Of a stretch of 64,000 nucleotides of DNA, positions 39,722 through 50,217 are shown piece after piece; the first letter of the stretch is position 1; every line of letters begins with the position of its first letter. Source of the stretch: a bacterium (lineage in GTDB: Bacteria > Patescibacteriota > Minisyncoccia > Phycocordibacterales > UBA5272); the NCBI GenBank assembly GCA_023267635.1, contig JAHFMX010000001.1, forward strand, positions 83,165 to 147,164, given 5' to 3'. The translations under genes and the position numbers were made by a program. The notes beneath the pieces were generated by a model. It was not told where the DNA came from, made no database searches, and saw only the letters and a list, made by a program, of their open reading frames with translations.

Positions 39722-40144
39722 ATGGAAGAATCAAAAACACACATCAATCCTTACATTGGAAATATCCAAGCACTCGTCATGCGGAATGATAATTTTCGTG
39801 AGGTTCTTTTTACGGGAGAGAAATCTCAACTCGTTGTGATGTCGATTCCTGTTGCTGGTGAAGTAGGAGAAGAGACACATGAACATGTAGAACAAACGCT
39901 CTACATTGTGGCTGGTATATGTAAGGTTGTGCTTGATGGCGAAGAACATGTTGTCTCAGGTGGAGATGTGATAGTGGTAACTCCTGGAACAAAACATAAT
40001 TTTATAAACGTAGGAGAAGAATTTGTAAAAATTATTACAACGTACTCTCCACCAAACCATATTGATGGTCGAGTTCATGCTACGAAAGAGGATGCCGAAC
40101 TTGATACTGCTGATGAGGAATTTGGTCATCAGTATACAAGTTAA
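39722..40144 (+). CDS. Cupin-domain protein
   Basis: FREVLFTG..SQLVVMSI, GEETH, GTKHNFIN, YSPPNH. Confidence 0.88.
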   Translation: MEESKTHINPYIGNIQALVMRNDNFREVLFTGEKSQLVVMSIPVAGEVGEETHEHVEQTLYIVAGICKVVLDGEEHVVSGGDVIVVTPGTKHNFINVGEEFVKIITTYSPPNHIDGRVHATKEDAELDTADEEFGHQYTS

Positions 40145-40208
40145 TTTTTAATTTAAAATTTGAAATTTTAAAAATTGATTAGAAATTAAAAATTTCAAAT
40201 TAAAAATT
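40143..40208 (+). repeat. Heptamer inverted-repeat element, minimal empty copy B
   Basis: AATTTTT AATTTAA AATTTGA AATTTTA aaa ATTGATT AGAAATT AAAAATT TCAAATT AAAAATT. Confidence 0.75.
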
Positions 40209-40213
40209 GCGCA

Positions 40214-40993
40214 ATGGATGACAGAAAATTCATCAATAAAGTATTAAGGCACTATAAAGTGTCAGGGCGACATACATTGTTGTGGCGTCGCAAGGTTACT
40301 CCCTACAGGATTCTGGTGAGCGAGATTATGCTTCAGCAGACTCAGGTGTCACGTGTGGTGCCCAAATTTGAGCTATGGATGAAAAGGTATCCAACGTTAT
40401 CCAGACTCTCTAAGGCATCTCTGTCTGACATTTTGAAGCTCTGGCAGGGGTTGGGATATCAACGCCGTGCAAAGGCGTTATTTGAAGTAGCACAAACCTC
40501 GAAAAGTATTCCAAAAACCTACGGCGAGTTACTTATGTTAAAAGGTATCGGACCATACACAGCTTCTGCCGTATGCGCGTTTGCCTATAATATATTTCCT
40601 GAGAAATTATTGGAAACAAATATTCGCACAGCACTCATCGAAGCATTTCACCAAGGTACCACTAAAGTTCACGATGGAGTCCTCCATGATGATCTTGCTC
40701 GTTTGAATCATCATTCACTAGTGAAGAATCTAGGTGCACGAGAGTGGTATTACGCACTCATGGATTATGGAGCACATCTTAAGACACTTCGTGTATCTCA
40801 TAACAGCAAGAGCGCTCACTACACAAAACAAACACCCTATGAAGGTTCAGCTCGTCAATTACGTGCGAAGGTATTATTTGCGATTACTCATCGTGAAAAG
40901 CTTCCACAAGACGAGCGACTAGAATCTGTTATCAATCAACTAACCAAAGAAGGATATATTATTAAAAAAGGAAAAGGATATGTCGTTGTCTAA
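40214..40993 (+). CDS. mutY: MutY-like adenine glycosylase (HhH-GPD), no Fe-S cluster motif
   Basis: PYRILVSEIMLQQTQV, WQGLGY, GIGPYTA, ETN, ALMDYG. Confidence 0.88.
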   Translation: MDDRKFINKVLRHYKVSGRHTLLWRRKVTPYRILVSEIMLQQTQVSRVVPKFELWMKRYPTLSRLSKASLSDILKLWQGLGYQRRAKALFEVAQTSKSIPKTYGELLMLKGIGPYTASAVCAFAYNIFPEKLLETNIRTALIEAFHQGTTKVHDGVLHDDLARLNHHSLVKNLGAREWYYALMDYGAHLKTLRVSHNSKSAHYTKQTPYEGSARQLRAKVLFAITHREKLPQDERLESVINQLTKEGYIIKKGKGYVVV

Positions 40994-41000
40994 ATTGAAA

Positions 41001-41693
41001 CTATTTTTCGATTCCTGTTTCTGAAAGAAGTGTTTTTATTTGTCGTGGTGAGAGCATGTGAACGACACCAGATTTTAGTCCGTGTGATACGAATGAAAGA
41101 ATACGTACACGTACAAGTTTCTTTACCGTAAGGTTAAGTGCGTTAAGCATTCGTCTGATTTCATGTTTCTTCCCTTCTGTAAGAACAATACGAAGCGAAT
41201 GACCTTCGTTGTAAATAGAAACTGATTTTACAGGGGCGTACTGCGCTTCCTGCGTTCGTATTCCTTTTTTAAGAAGTGTCACTACACGTGGTGTACATTT
41301 TTCATACACAAGCACCTCGTATTCCTTTTCTCGGCCATGCTTTGGGTTAAGAAGAGCATCTGACACACGGTAGTCGTTGGTATAGAGAAGAAGTCCTTCA
41401 CTTTCTTTGTCGAGGCGTCCAAGCGGTTCACAACCTGGAAGTTCTGGGTGATGTCCAGTTACTTCACCTCGTGGCTTGTTGTAGAGCGCATAGATAAGTT
41501 CTTTGTGTGGATGTTCAACATGTATCTTGTCTCCTGATACAACCTTACTACCAAGCGTAGCTGGTTTTTTATTAATCATGACATATCCTTTTTCGATATA
41601 GGCATCAATAGTACGACGTGATCCAATTCCTTCATCACGAAGAAACGCGTTTATTCTTTTCTCTTCTTGGTTTGTGGCAATAATTTCTTTCAT
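41001..41693 (-). CDS. rRNA pseudouridine synthase (RsuA/RluB/RluF family)
   Basis: S4 domain, NKPRG, GRLDKESEGL, EKEY, LTEGKKHEIRRM. Confidence 0.92.
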   Translation of the reverse strand: MKEIIATNQEEKRINAFLRDEGIGSRRTIDAYIEKGYVMINKKPATLGSKVVSGDKIHVEHPHKELIYALYNKPRGEVTGHHPELPGCEPLGRLDKESEGLLLYTNDYRVSDALLNPKHGREKEYEVLVYEKCTPRVVTLLKKGIRTQEAQYAPVKSVSIYNEGHSLRIVLTEGKKHEIRRMLNALNLTVKKLVRVRILSFVSHGLKSGVVHMLSPRQIKTLLSETGIEK

Positions 41694-41704
41694 AGGTATA
41701 TAGT

Positions 41705-42874
41705 TTATCTGGTGTCTTTCATTGGGAATACGTACGCTACGCTCGCGAGGATTGCACATCCTAGAATGACGAACATTAATTGTGGACGAGCGATAAGGAA
41801 TGGTCCGATAAGAATTCCAAGCGCGCCGACAACAATAGTTGCAAAGCTAAGTGTGTTTGAGAAAAGCGCAGTAAGGGAGGCATCCTCTGGTCCAACTTTT
41901 TTAAAGTAGTATGCAAATGCCATTGTTTCTACACACGCAGCTCCAACACGTGAAAGGAGAAGAATGATAACCCAGATAACAGGATTAGCTGTGGTTACAA
42001 TAACACATAGGAAGACAGTAAGCGAGAGGATGAGTAATCCTCCAATAAGGAGCTCTTTTTCCCCATAGCGTTTATCTGCAAGGTAGCCGAGCTCATACGG
42101 AAGCACAACAAGAGGAATCAAAGCAAAAGGAAGTATGGCAGTAAGGTATACCGTAAGAGGAATACCAAGTGTTGCGAGGTAGATTGGTGAATAAATAACC
42201 ATAACAGCGTAGAAACACTGCACCATAAATTCTGCAATAAGGGCAGCGCGAATATTTTTATTTTTCCAAGCAACACGGAATGCTTGGTACATATTAATTG
42301 TTTCGTACGCCGGCTCTTCTATGTGGTACAGGTAGGTTCGTACAAGGAGTATGAATGGAACCAGCATACATGACGCAATAATATAGAGCGTTGAAAACGA
42401 AGCAAAGGAAAGAATACTTCCTCCTATAATTGGTGAGATGAGAATACCAATGTTGAGAAGCGTAAGGAAGAGTCCTCTAATTGAACCAGTTTCTGCATGT
42501 TTTGAGAAGCTTTCAATAAATACATTAAGACATACATAGAGAAGTGTTTGAAGAAGGAAGTGAGTTATAAAGAATGCTGCAATAAGAAGTGGGTTCTTAC
42601 TGATTCCGAAGGCGATAGTAATAACGATTTCCGCAATAACTAATCCGATAGTAAATCCATAGGTATGGAACTTCCTCATATATTTTGCCACTGACATTGA
42701 TCCGATGAGAGCTGCGATGGCACCAAACATGTACAACATGCTCACGGTAGATGATCCAAAGTATTGATGAAGATACGACGAAGTCGCATACAGAGGAATT
42801 CCGTAATGAAGGGCGTAGAGGAGGGTAAGAAGATAACTTACTATGAGAAGTTTATTCTTAATGATGGCGTGCAT
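41705..42874 (-). CDS. MFS transporter
   Basis: About 12 hydrophobic helices, GYLADKRYGEK loop motif. Confidence 0.88.
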   Translation of the reverse strand: MHAIIKNKLLIVSYLLTLLYALHYGIPLYATSSYLHQYFGSSTVSMLYMFGAIAALIGSMSVAKYMRKFHTYGFTIGLVIAEIVITIAFGISKNPLLIAAFFITHFLLQTLLYVCLNVFIESFSKHAETGSIRGLFLTLLNIGILISPIIGGSILSFASFSTLYIIASCMLVPFILLVRTYLYHIEEPAYETINMYQAFRVAWKNKNIRAALIAEFMVQCFYAVMVIYSPIYLATLGIPLTVYLTAILPFALIPLVVLPYELGYLADKRYGEKELLIGGLLILSLTVFLCVIVTTANPVIWVIILLLSRVGAACVETMAFAYYFKKVGPEDASLTALFSNTLSFATIVVGALGILIGPFLIARPQLMFVILGCAILASVAYVFPMKDTR

Positions 42875-42927
42875 ATATGGAGATAGTATATCAGTTCACG
42901 TTGGGCTTTCTAGTGGGTAACAATGGC

Positions 42928-42958
42928 AGAAGGTCGACGCCGTAGGCGTCGACCTTCT
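42928..42958. other. GC-rich perfect stem-loop between rnj and MFS gene
   Basis: agaaggtcgacgcc-gta-ggcgtcgaccttct. Confidence 0.6.
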
Positions 42959-42981
42959 TGTTCCATTTGTTGTTTTAGAAA

Positions 42982-44871
42982 CTAGACACTAATAATTACA
43001 GGTATAATCACTGGACGTTTTGCAGTCTTTTGAAGCAGGAACTTTGTCGTTGCTTCAGTCACGTCTTGCTTTAGCTGATCGAGGTTAGTGTAATCACCAC
43101 GAGCAAGTCCATCATCAATTACTTTCTTCGTAAGAAGACGTGTTTGGTAAAGGAGGTCTTGTGATTCTTTAAGGTACACGAATCCACGAGAGATAAGATC
43201 AGGAGACTTCTTAAGGGTGTGTGTCTGACTATCGATAACACCGATAACCACAAACATTCCATCTTCAGCAAGTGCCTGACGATCTCGCATAACCACATCT
43301 TGAATCTTTCCAACTGATGTTCCATCAACCACGATCATTTCAGAAGGAGCCTTTTCTTTAAGGATTCCAATCTTGTTACCGCCATCAGTGATTTCAATCA
43401 CCATACCGTTATCAGGTACTACGATATTGCTTTCTGGCATACCAAGTTTCCGTTCGATGTCAGCGTGCACGCGAAGCATGTAGTGATATCCGTGAACAGG
43501 GATGAAGAACTTTGGATGAACCTTTCGGTGAATCCACATAAGTTCATCATGGTTGGCGTGACCTGAAGAGTGAACGTCAGATGTTTTGTAGTGAATAAGA
43601 TGAGCACCTTGTCGAGATAGCTTATCTTTCAAATTTTGTACCGCACGTTCATTTCCTGGAACCACAGACGATGACATAAGAATAGTGTCTCGTGGAGTAA
43701 GACGAAGGAACTTATGAGTCTTGTTCGCAATACGTCCAAGGGCTGCAAATTCTTCACCTTGCTGACCTGTTGCAAGAATAAGAAGTTTATTTTCTGGGAA
43801 GCGCTGCATGTCTTCAAGACTAATGAGTGTCTCTGGGCGAACCTTGAGCATATTGGCAAGCTTTGCAATTTCAACGTTTGTCTTCATACTTCTTCCTTCG
43901 ATTACCACTTTCTTGCCATATTTTTCTGCTGTATCAAGCATGAAAAGCATACGCTCTACCTGAGAGGCAAAGGTACTAATGATAAGACGTCCTGGAGTTT
44001 CTCGAATGATTGTTTCGATGTTGTTGTATACAACAGTATCAGAAATAGAGAATCCTGGGTTCTCACAGTTTGTTGAGTCTGCCATAAGAAGAAGTGTGTT
44101 TCTTCCTTCGAACACTTTGTAACGATCAACTTCATCGTCAGTAGGAATATCATTATTGTGTTCGAGACGAAGATCTCCTGTGTGAACAATGTCACCGAAT
44201 GGAGTTTCAATCATGATACCCATTGAGTCTGGAATAGCATGTGTTACTCCAAAGAATCTCACTCGTAAATCGCCAAGTGTAACTGTATCGTTTTTCTCAA
44301 CAACGTTGATGGTAAGAGGGCTTAGGTGAGGGAACTCTTCCTGACGCTTCTTAATCATAAGAGACGTGAAAAGGCGAGAGTAGATTTGAGGGTTGCCAAT
44401 ACGAGGCATGATATATGGAATAGCTCCGATGTGATCGAGGTGACCATGAGTTACGAGCACTCCTTTGATTTTGTGCTTGTGCTCTTCGAGGTAGCGAGTG
44501 TTTGGAAGAATGAAATCAATTCCAGGAGTTGTTGTTTCCGTGAACTGGATACCACAGTCAACAATGATGATGGTGTCTTTGTATTCAACCATACTCATGT
44601 TACGTCCAATTTCTTCCACTCCACCCAAATGGATAACACGAATATCACCATCTTTTAGTGGGGGAATGTGATCTGTCTCACGCTTTCCGGTTACGGTCGT
44701 GTCGAATTTTGGACCAACCATAGATCGTGGTGGGCGAGCGTTTCGTCCACGAGCTCCGCTACGCGCGCGTTCTGGGCGCTTGAATCCAGGCGCTGCTGGC
44801 GTCTGTGTGTTGAGAGGTTCCATAGGAATGCTCTCTTCTGTTGGTAATGTTGTTGTGGTATCTTCGTTCAT
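42982..44871 (-). CDS. rnj: Ribonuclease J
   Basis: GGVEEIGRN, THGHLDHIG, HTGD, DSTN, HSSGH, PVHG. Confidence 0.96.
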   Translation of the reverse strand: MNEDTTTTLPTEESIPMEPLNTQTPAAPGFKRPERARSGARGRNARPPRSMVGPKFDTTVTGKRETDHIPPLKDGDIRVIHLGGVEEIGRNMSMVEYKDTIIIVDCGIQFTETTTPGIDFILPNTRYLEEHKHKIKGVLVTHGHLDHIGAIPYIMPRIGNPQIYSRLFTSLMIKKRQEEFPHLSPLTINVVEKNDTVTLGDLRVRFFGVTHAIPDSMGIMIETPFGDIVHTGDLRLEHNNDIPTDDEVDRYKVFEGRNTLLLMADSTNCENPGFSISDTVVYNNIETIIRETPGRLIISTFASQVERMLFMLDTAEKYGKKVVIEGRSMKTNVEIAKLANMLKVRPETLISLEDMQRFPENKLLILATGQQGEEFAALGRIANKTHKFLRLTPRDTILMSSSVVPGNERAVQNLKDKLSRQGAHLIHYKTSDVHSSGHANHDELMWIHRKVHPKFFIPVHGYHYMLRVHADIERKLGMPESNIVVPDNGMVIEITDGGNKIGILKEKAPSEMIVVDGTSVGKIQDVVMRDRQALAEDGMFVVIGVIDSQTHTLKKSPDLISRGFVYLKESQDLLYQTRLLTKKVIDDGLARGDYTNLDQLKQDVTEATTKFLLQKTAKRPVIIPVIISV

Positions 44872-44900
44872 ATATTTGTTGTTAATGATTAGTAATTAAT

Positions 44901-46613
44901 TTAATGAATAGTGTTTTCTACGATTTGAATAACTTGCTTGTAATATGTTTTTGGCCACACTCGCTCGCTGTATCTATGCCACATATGCACCAAGGCAAAT
45001 CGTGAGGCATTGGTATAACTGACAGAGGGTAGGAGTGTCGTCGCTTTATCTTTACTTATATAAATGAGAGATGGTGCGAATAAGAATATTCCTGGAACTT
45101 CATCAGCAAATTCTTGTCGTACTTCATCGTATGCTGCAGCTGTTTTCAGGATGTCTGAGTCAGTGCGTAGAATTTCTAAATTCTTATCAAGTTCGTTACT
45201 TACGTAATTTGAAATATTTAATCCAGGGTAGTTTCGTTGGCTTGAATGCCAGAAAGCATAGAGGTCAGATGGTGTTTCTGTGATAGAACCATAGAGAAGA
45301 GCTTGGAAGTTTCGTTCTCGAATAACAGACTGGTTAAGGTCAGATACTTCATATACAGCAAGTGTGGTCTGTACACCAATTGCTTCCCAATCGGTCTTTA
45401 TCATTTCAGCAACCTTTCTCATTTCATCGGTGTTTGCTGTAGCTAAGGTGATCTCTATTGTTTCTGATGCTTTGAATGCCTTACTTCCTTTGAGTAGTGT
45501 TATTGCTAAGTCTTTGTCATATGTTGAGCTCGCAACGTCTTCATCGAAAGGGTATGGTGCGTTGATGGCTTTTCCATAATTGTTAAGAACTGTTTGAACG
45601 ATTGCCTCTTTGTTGATTGCATGTGAAAGCGCTTGGCGAACTTTTTTTTCAGACAATGCCGGTGCTTTATTAGCATTAAAGAATACAGTGAACGTTCTTG
45701 GAAGAAGGGACGTGTGAATTTGAGAAGGTGATACACCAAGTGAAGTAATAGATTCTGGTGATAGTCCATGGATTCTGTCGATGTCTCCATTATTAAATGC
45801 GGCAATAGCATATCGTTCGCTCTGGTATGTACTAATAGTGAGCATGTCTATATATGGACGACCAAGAGTATAACTTTTGTGTGCCTCAAGGATAAATGTA
45901 TGAGGAATCCCAGAAGTAGACTTAATATCTTTTATTTTATAAGGACCACTTCCAATAGCATTAATGTTGTATGCACTTAAACTGAACTGTTCGTCATTAA
46001 GATTTTTCCACACATTCTTAGGAAGGATACCGATTGTTAGGTTATCCATAAACAGCGGGTATGGCTTCTTGAGAGAGAACACCATTTCAGTAGCAGATAT
46101 TTTTTCCATGGTGATACCTTCCCATTCAATACGGTGAGGACTTTTAATATTTGGGTTCTGAATAAGATTGATTGTGTAGATAATGTCATCGACAGTTACA
46201 TTTGTTCCATTATGAAAGCGAGCTGTGGATTTAAGTACAACAGTATAGTGAAGCTTATTTTCATTTTCTGTAACGGATTCTGCCATGTCTAATTCATTAG
46301 TGCCTAGCTCTCCTTTCTTTGTTAATCCAGCATAAACGAGCGCAGTGAGATCTTCATCTTGTTCACTTGTTGCAAGCACTGGGTTGATGAACCTCGGAGT
46401 GCCGATGATTCCTTCAGTAATGTCTCCACCGTAACTCGGTACTGTTGTGAGAAAACGTGAGTTAAATGAGATGAGTGCAGAAAAGAAAAGGATTGTTGAT
46501 ATAGAAATAAGCAACCAAAAGACTATCACGCGTTCTGGTGATAGTGTTCGGTAAAGCGCCTTCAGTGTAGAAGGTATAGCTTTGAGACCTCTCGTAGAGT
46601 TGTTTATGTCCAT
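44901..46613 (-). CDS. Peptide ABC transporter substrate-binding protein (family 5), membrane anchored
   Basis: GG..TEGIIGTPRFINPVL, IGSGPY, VRQALSHAINK, DLYAFWHSSQ. Confidence 0.88.
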   Translation of the reverse strand: MDINNSTRGLKAIPSTLKALYRTLSPERVIVFWLLISISTILFFSALISFNSRFLTTVPSYGGDITEGIIGTPRFINPVLATSEQDEDLTALVYAGLTKKGELGTNELDMAESVTENENKLHYTVVLKSTARFHNGTNVTVDDIIYTINLIQNPNIKSPHRIEWEGITMEKISATEMVFSLKKPYPLFMDNLTIGILPKNVWKNLNDEQFSLSAYNINAIGSGPYKIKDIKSTSGIPHTFILEAHKSYTLGRPYIDMLTISTYQSERYAIAAFNNGDIDRIHGLSPESITSLGVSPSQIHTSLLPRTFTVFFNANKAPALSEKKVRQALSHAINKEAIVQTVLNNYGKAINAPYPFDEDVASSTYDKDLAITLLKGSKAFKASETIEITLATANTDEMRKVAEMIKTDWEAIGVQTTLAVYEVSDLNQSVIRERNFQALLYGSITETPSDLYAFWHSSQRNYPGLNISNYVSNELDKNLEILRTDSDILKTAAAYDEVRQEFADEVPGIFLFAPSLIYISKDKATTLLPSVSYTNASRFALVHMWHRYSERVWPKTYYKQVIQIVENTIH

Positions 46614-46644
46614 AGCAGTACGCACATGGAGTAGCTATTGTTGA

Positions 46645-46869
46645 TTAGCGAGCAAGAAGCGGGTACGCAAGTGCGAGAACGAAAGCCACCGCAATAATAA
46701 CCGTTAAACGGTGTAGTGACTTTTCCGCTCCACGCTTTTCAAGCGCAGCTCCTGATCCTCCGTCAGCACCAAAAGCGCCTGACGCATCGGTGTTAGCTCG
46801 TTGGATAAGAACGAGTGCAGTGAGGAGAATAGCTAGCGTTATTTGCACAATAGATAGCATGTGAACCAT
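46645..46869 (-). CDS. secG: Preprotein translocase subunit SecG
   Basis: LVLIQ...SGAFG...RGAEKSLHRLT, two TM helices. Confidence 0.88.
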   Translation of the reverse strand: MVHMLSIVQITLAILLTALVLIQRANTDASGAFGADGGSGAALEKRGAEKSLHRLTVIIAVAFVLALAYPLLAR

Positions 46870-46944
46870 GTTTCCAGTATATCATAAGGGGTATAGGCCT
46901 GTAAATATGGGGATAGTTGTCCCTTCGTGGTGTGTTGAGAGCTA

Positions 46945-47052
46945 AATTTCTAATTTTCAATTTAAAATTTCTAATCAAATCTAAATGTTTCAAAATTAAT
47001 ACATGTAGACATTGAAAATTCAATAAAAATTTATAATTAGAAATTGAAAATT
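46945..47052 (-). repeat. Heptamer inverted-repeat element, empty copy C
   Basis: AATTTCT AATTTTC AATTTAA AATTTCT ... AAAAATT TATAATT AGAAATT GAAAATT; reverse complement aligns with copy A. Confidence 0.8.
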
Positions 47053-47060
47053 CTTTGCAA

Positions 47061-50000
47061 CTACTGTTGCAAAGCTTTAATTTCATCAACAACAATAGTC
47101 TTTTCTCCGTTTCGAGTAGCAACTTTTCCACGTACCACAACAGGGAGGTCAAGAATAATTGCTGATTTGTAGCGCTTATAGGTTTCTGGGAAAACGGCCA
47201 CCTCAATCGACCCTCGATAATCACGCAAGGTAACAAGCGCCATGTGGTCTCCTTTTTTAGTTTTTGTTATTTTGCTTTTCTCGATAATAACAGCGAGTGA
47301 AACTTCTTTTCCATCCGGTGTATCGTGATGTACTTTATCAATATCAATTCCTCGAGCCTCAATTTTTTCACGCCATGGATCAAGAGGGAAGCCTGACACG
47401 AAGAGTCCAAGTAATTCTTTTTCCCATGCAAGCTTTTGTTCCTGGGTTACGAGTGGTGCACGCTTCATGGTAAATGAAGTTGTGTCTGCTTCTCCAAAGA
47501 GTGAGTTTTGGTGTCGGTTATCTTTTACTGCGTGTTTATGGAAAGCGAGAATGTTATCCATGTTTGCAAGAACGTCACCACGTTCTGCGAACTCATCAAG
47601 CGCTCCACACATAGTGAGAGCTTCGAGAGATTTTTTGTTAAGGTTCTTGTGAGTGATTCTGTTAATGAAATTTTCAAATGACGTAAATGGTCCTTTTGCT
47701 TTTCTTTCTGCAATGATAGCGTCCGCAATATCAACTCCTAAGTTTTTTACGGTGTAGAGACCGAAACGAATTTCCTCCTTTCCATTTTCATCAGTCACGA
47801 TACTAAACCCACCCTCACTCATGTTGATGTTTGGTGGAAGCACAATAATATTCATACGCTTACACTCGGACACAATTTCAGCAATTTTTTCTACGTCTCC
47901 TGATTCGTTCGTCATAATCGCCGTCATATACGCAACAGGGAAGTTTGCTTTCATGTACGCTGTTTGATAGGCAACACGTCCATAACTCGCAGCATGGGCT
48001 TTGTTAAATCCATAGGCTGCAAACGGTTCAATCAGTGACCAGAGGAGGTCTGCTTTTTTCTGAGACAGTCCATGTTCGAGAAATCCTTTGAAGAGTTTTT
48101 CTTTTTGAGCCGTCATTTCTGCTGGAATTTTCTTACCCATCGCTTTACGTAATTTGTCAGCTTCAAGCCATGAATATCCAGCCAAGTGAATGGCGATAAG
48201 CATCACGTCATCTTGGTATACAATCACGCCAAAGGATTGATCAAGAATTGGTTCAAGACGGGGGTCGAGATATGCGACAAGAGATTGGTCATGCTTTCGT
48301 TTGATGTACTCAGGAATCATTTCAAGTGGTCCAGGACGGTAGAGAGCCACCATAGCGTTAATGTCAAAAATAGTCGAAGGCTTTAGCTCCTTCAAAAATC
48401 GTGTCATACCAGAACCGTTTAATTGGAATAGTCCCATCGTATATCCGTGAGCAAGCATATCGAATGTCTTACTGTCATCAAGTGGAATGGTTTCAATATC
48501 AATAGTGGTGTTGTATCTGACTTGAGCAATTTCAATTGCGTCTCCTAAAATAGTAAGGTTACGAATACCGAGGAAGTCGAATTTAAGTAGTCCTGCATCT
48601 TCAATGGTGTACATGTCGTACTGAGTAATAACCTTGCCCCCCTTAGGGTCTTTTTGTATCGGACTGAATTCCCACAGCGGACGAGGCGAGATAACCGTTC
48701 CAGCGGCATGAACAGAAATGTGTCGCGCACAGCCTTCTACTTTTTGTGCCATGTCTAAAATGATTTGCACATCACGGTCCGTGTCATAGAGTTCTTTCAG
48801 TTCAGGCATTTCAAGGAGCGCTCCAGCAATTGTCACAGGGAAACCTTGTCGTGGCGGAGGAATCATTTTTGAAATACGGTCCCCAACCATGTAAGGAAAC
48901 TTCATTGCACGAGCAACATCCTTCACAGCCCCACGCGCCATCATTGTTCCGAATGTTCCAATCTGTGCAACGTTATCTATTCCATATTTTCTACGCGCGT
49001 AGTCAATAACCTCGTCACGACGAGTATCGGCGTAGTCCATGTCGATATCTGGCGCAGAGGGTCGTTCAGGGTTGAGGAAACGTTCAAACGGCAACTTGTA
49101 TTCAAAGGGGTCAACGATGGTAATACGAAGAAGATAGGTAACAAGAGATCCCGCAACGGATCCACGAATGTTAGTAAGAATTTTATTTTCACGAGCGAAA
49201 CGCAAGAGGTCGTACACCACAAGAAAGTATGGTGAATACCCTTTGTCCGAGATAACTTTAAGCTCATAATCAAGCCTCGTTTTAACTGTCTCTGTAAGCT
49301 CCATGTTACGCACAATAAGTCCCGCATGCGCTAGTTCACGAAGATCTTCATCGTAACTTTTTTTGTATTCAATGTCAGGAAATACCCACGCCCCAAGCGG
49401 TATTTGTAGGGAGCAACTTTTGGCAAGGACAAGTGTGTTTGAAAGAGCGTCAGGGACGTCCTTAAACTGTCCCATACCCGTAGCGACATCTACCATAGTA
49501 AAGTCATCTTTTTGGAACATGTGATTGTACTCATCTTGAGAATGTTCGTCGCCGTGAATAAGGTAGAGTGTTTTATGTGCAGCCTTATCTGCAGCCGATA
49601 AGTAGTGAGTGTTCCACGTTGCGATAAGTGGAGTGTCCGTCTCACGAGCGAGCGCTATTGTTTTGTCGTACATCTCTTTCCCACGTTCCATCGAAACCTG
49701 CGGATTAATTTCTAGGTAAAAATGCTCACCAAAATGTGACGCGTAGAACTCCAGGCGTTTTTTTGCTTCTTCAGGATTAATAACAAGAAGATTAGATACT
49801 TCACCCCACTGACCACCAGAGAGAACCGCAAGACCTTCTTTGTAAGTGATAAGTGTTGCTTCAGTAAGAAGTGGGTCAAGCGGATTTTCTACGTTCACGA
49901 TTGAGGTGATGCGCATGAGATTTTTGTATCCTTGTAGATCTCTTGCGATAAGAACTATTTTAAATCTCCGGTCTTCGTACTTAAGAGAAAATTCTACACC

Positions 50001-50186
50001 GATGATTGGTTTGATTCCTGCGTTCTCACAGCTTTTGTAAAACTCGATAGTTCCATACATATTACTGTAGTCAGTAATAGCTAGAGCAGGCTGACCGAGT
50101 GATGCAGCTTTTTTTACAAGAGGGTCTATTTTCGGGAGGGCTGAGAGTAGAGAGTAGTGACTGTGATTGCGTAGATGGACGAACAT
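47061..50186 (-). CDS. dnaE: DNA polymerase III alpha subunit
   Basis: PHP domain, RGSVAGS, FERFLNPER, PDIDMD, KFDFLG, YGFNKAH, OB fold. Confidence 0.98.
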   Translation of the reverse strand: MFVHLRNHSHYSLLSALPKIDPLVKKAASLGQPALAITDYSNMYGTIEFYKSCENAGIKPIIGVEFSLKYEDRRFKIVLIARDLQGYKNLMRITSIVNVENPLDPLLTEATLITYKEGLAVLSGGQWGEVSNLLVINPEEAKKRLEFYASHFGEHFYLEINPQVSMERGKEMYDKTIALARETDTPLIATWNTHYLSAADKAAHKTLYLIHGDEHSQDEYNHMFQKDDFTMVDVATGMGQFKDVPDALSNTLVLAKSCSLQIPLGAWVFPDIEYKKSYDEDLRELAHAGLIVRNMELTETVKTRLDYELKVISDKGYSPYFLVVYDLLRFARENKILTNIRGSVAGSLVTYLLRITIVDPFEYKLPFERFLNPERPSAPDIDMDYADTRRDEVIDYARRKYGIDNVAQIGTFGTMMARGAVKDVARAMKFPYMVGDRISKMIPPPRQGFPVTIAGALLEMPELKELYDTDRDVQIILDMAQKVEGCARHISVHAAGTVISPRPLWEFSPIQKDPKGGKVITQYDMYTIEDAGLLKFDFLGIRNLTILGDAIEIAQVRYNTTIDIETIPLDDSKTFDMLAHGYTMGLFQLNGSGMTRFLKELKPSTIFDINAMVALYRPGPLEMIPEYIKRKHDQSLVAYLDPRLEPILDQSFGVIVYQDDVMLIAIHLAGYSWLEADKLRKAMGKKIPAEMTAQKEKLFKGFLEHGLSQKKADLLWSLIEPFAAYGFNKAHAASYGRVAYQTAYMKANFPVAYMTAIMTNESGDVEKIAEIVSECKRMNIIVLPPNINMSEGGFSIVTDENGKEEIRFGLYTVKNLGVDIADAIIAERKAKGPFTSFENFINRITHKNLNKKSLEALTMCGALDEFAERGDVLANMDNILAFHKHAVKDNRHQNSLFGEADTTSFTMKRAPLVTQEQKLAWEKELLGLFVSGFPLDPWREKIEARGIDIDKVHHDTPDGKEVSLAVIIEKSKITKTKKGDHMALVTLRDYRGSIEVAVFPETYKRYKSAIILDLPVVVRGKVATRNGEKTIVVDEIKALQQ

Positions 50187-50217
50187 GGAACTAGTATATC
50201 AGCTGTATACTTAGCGC

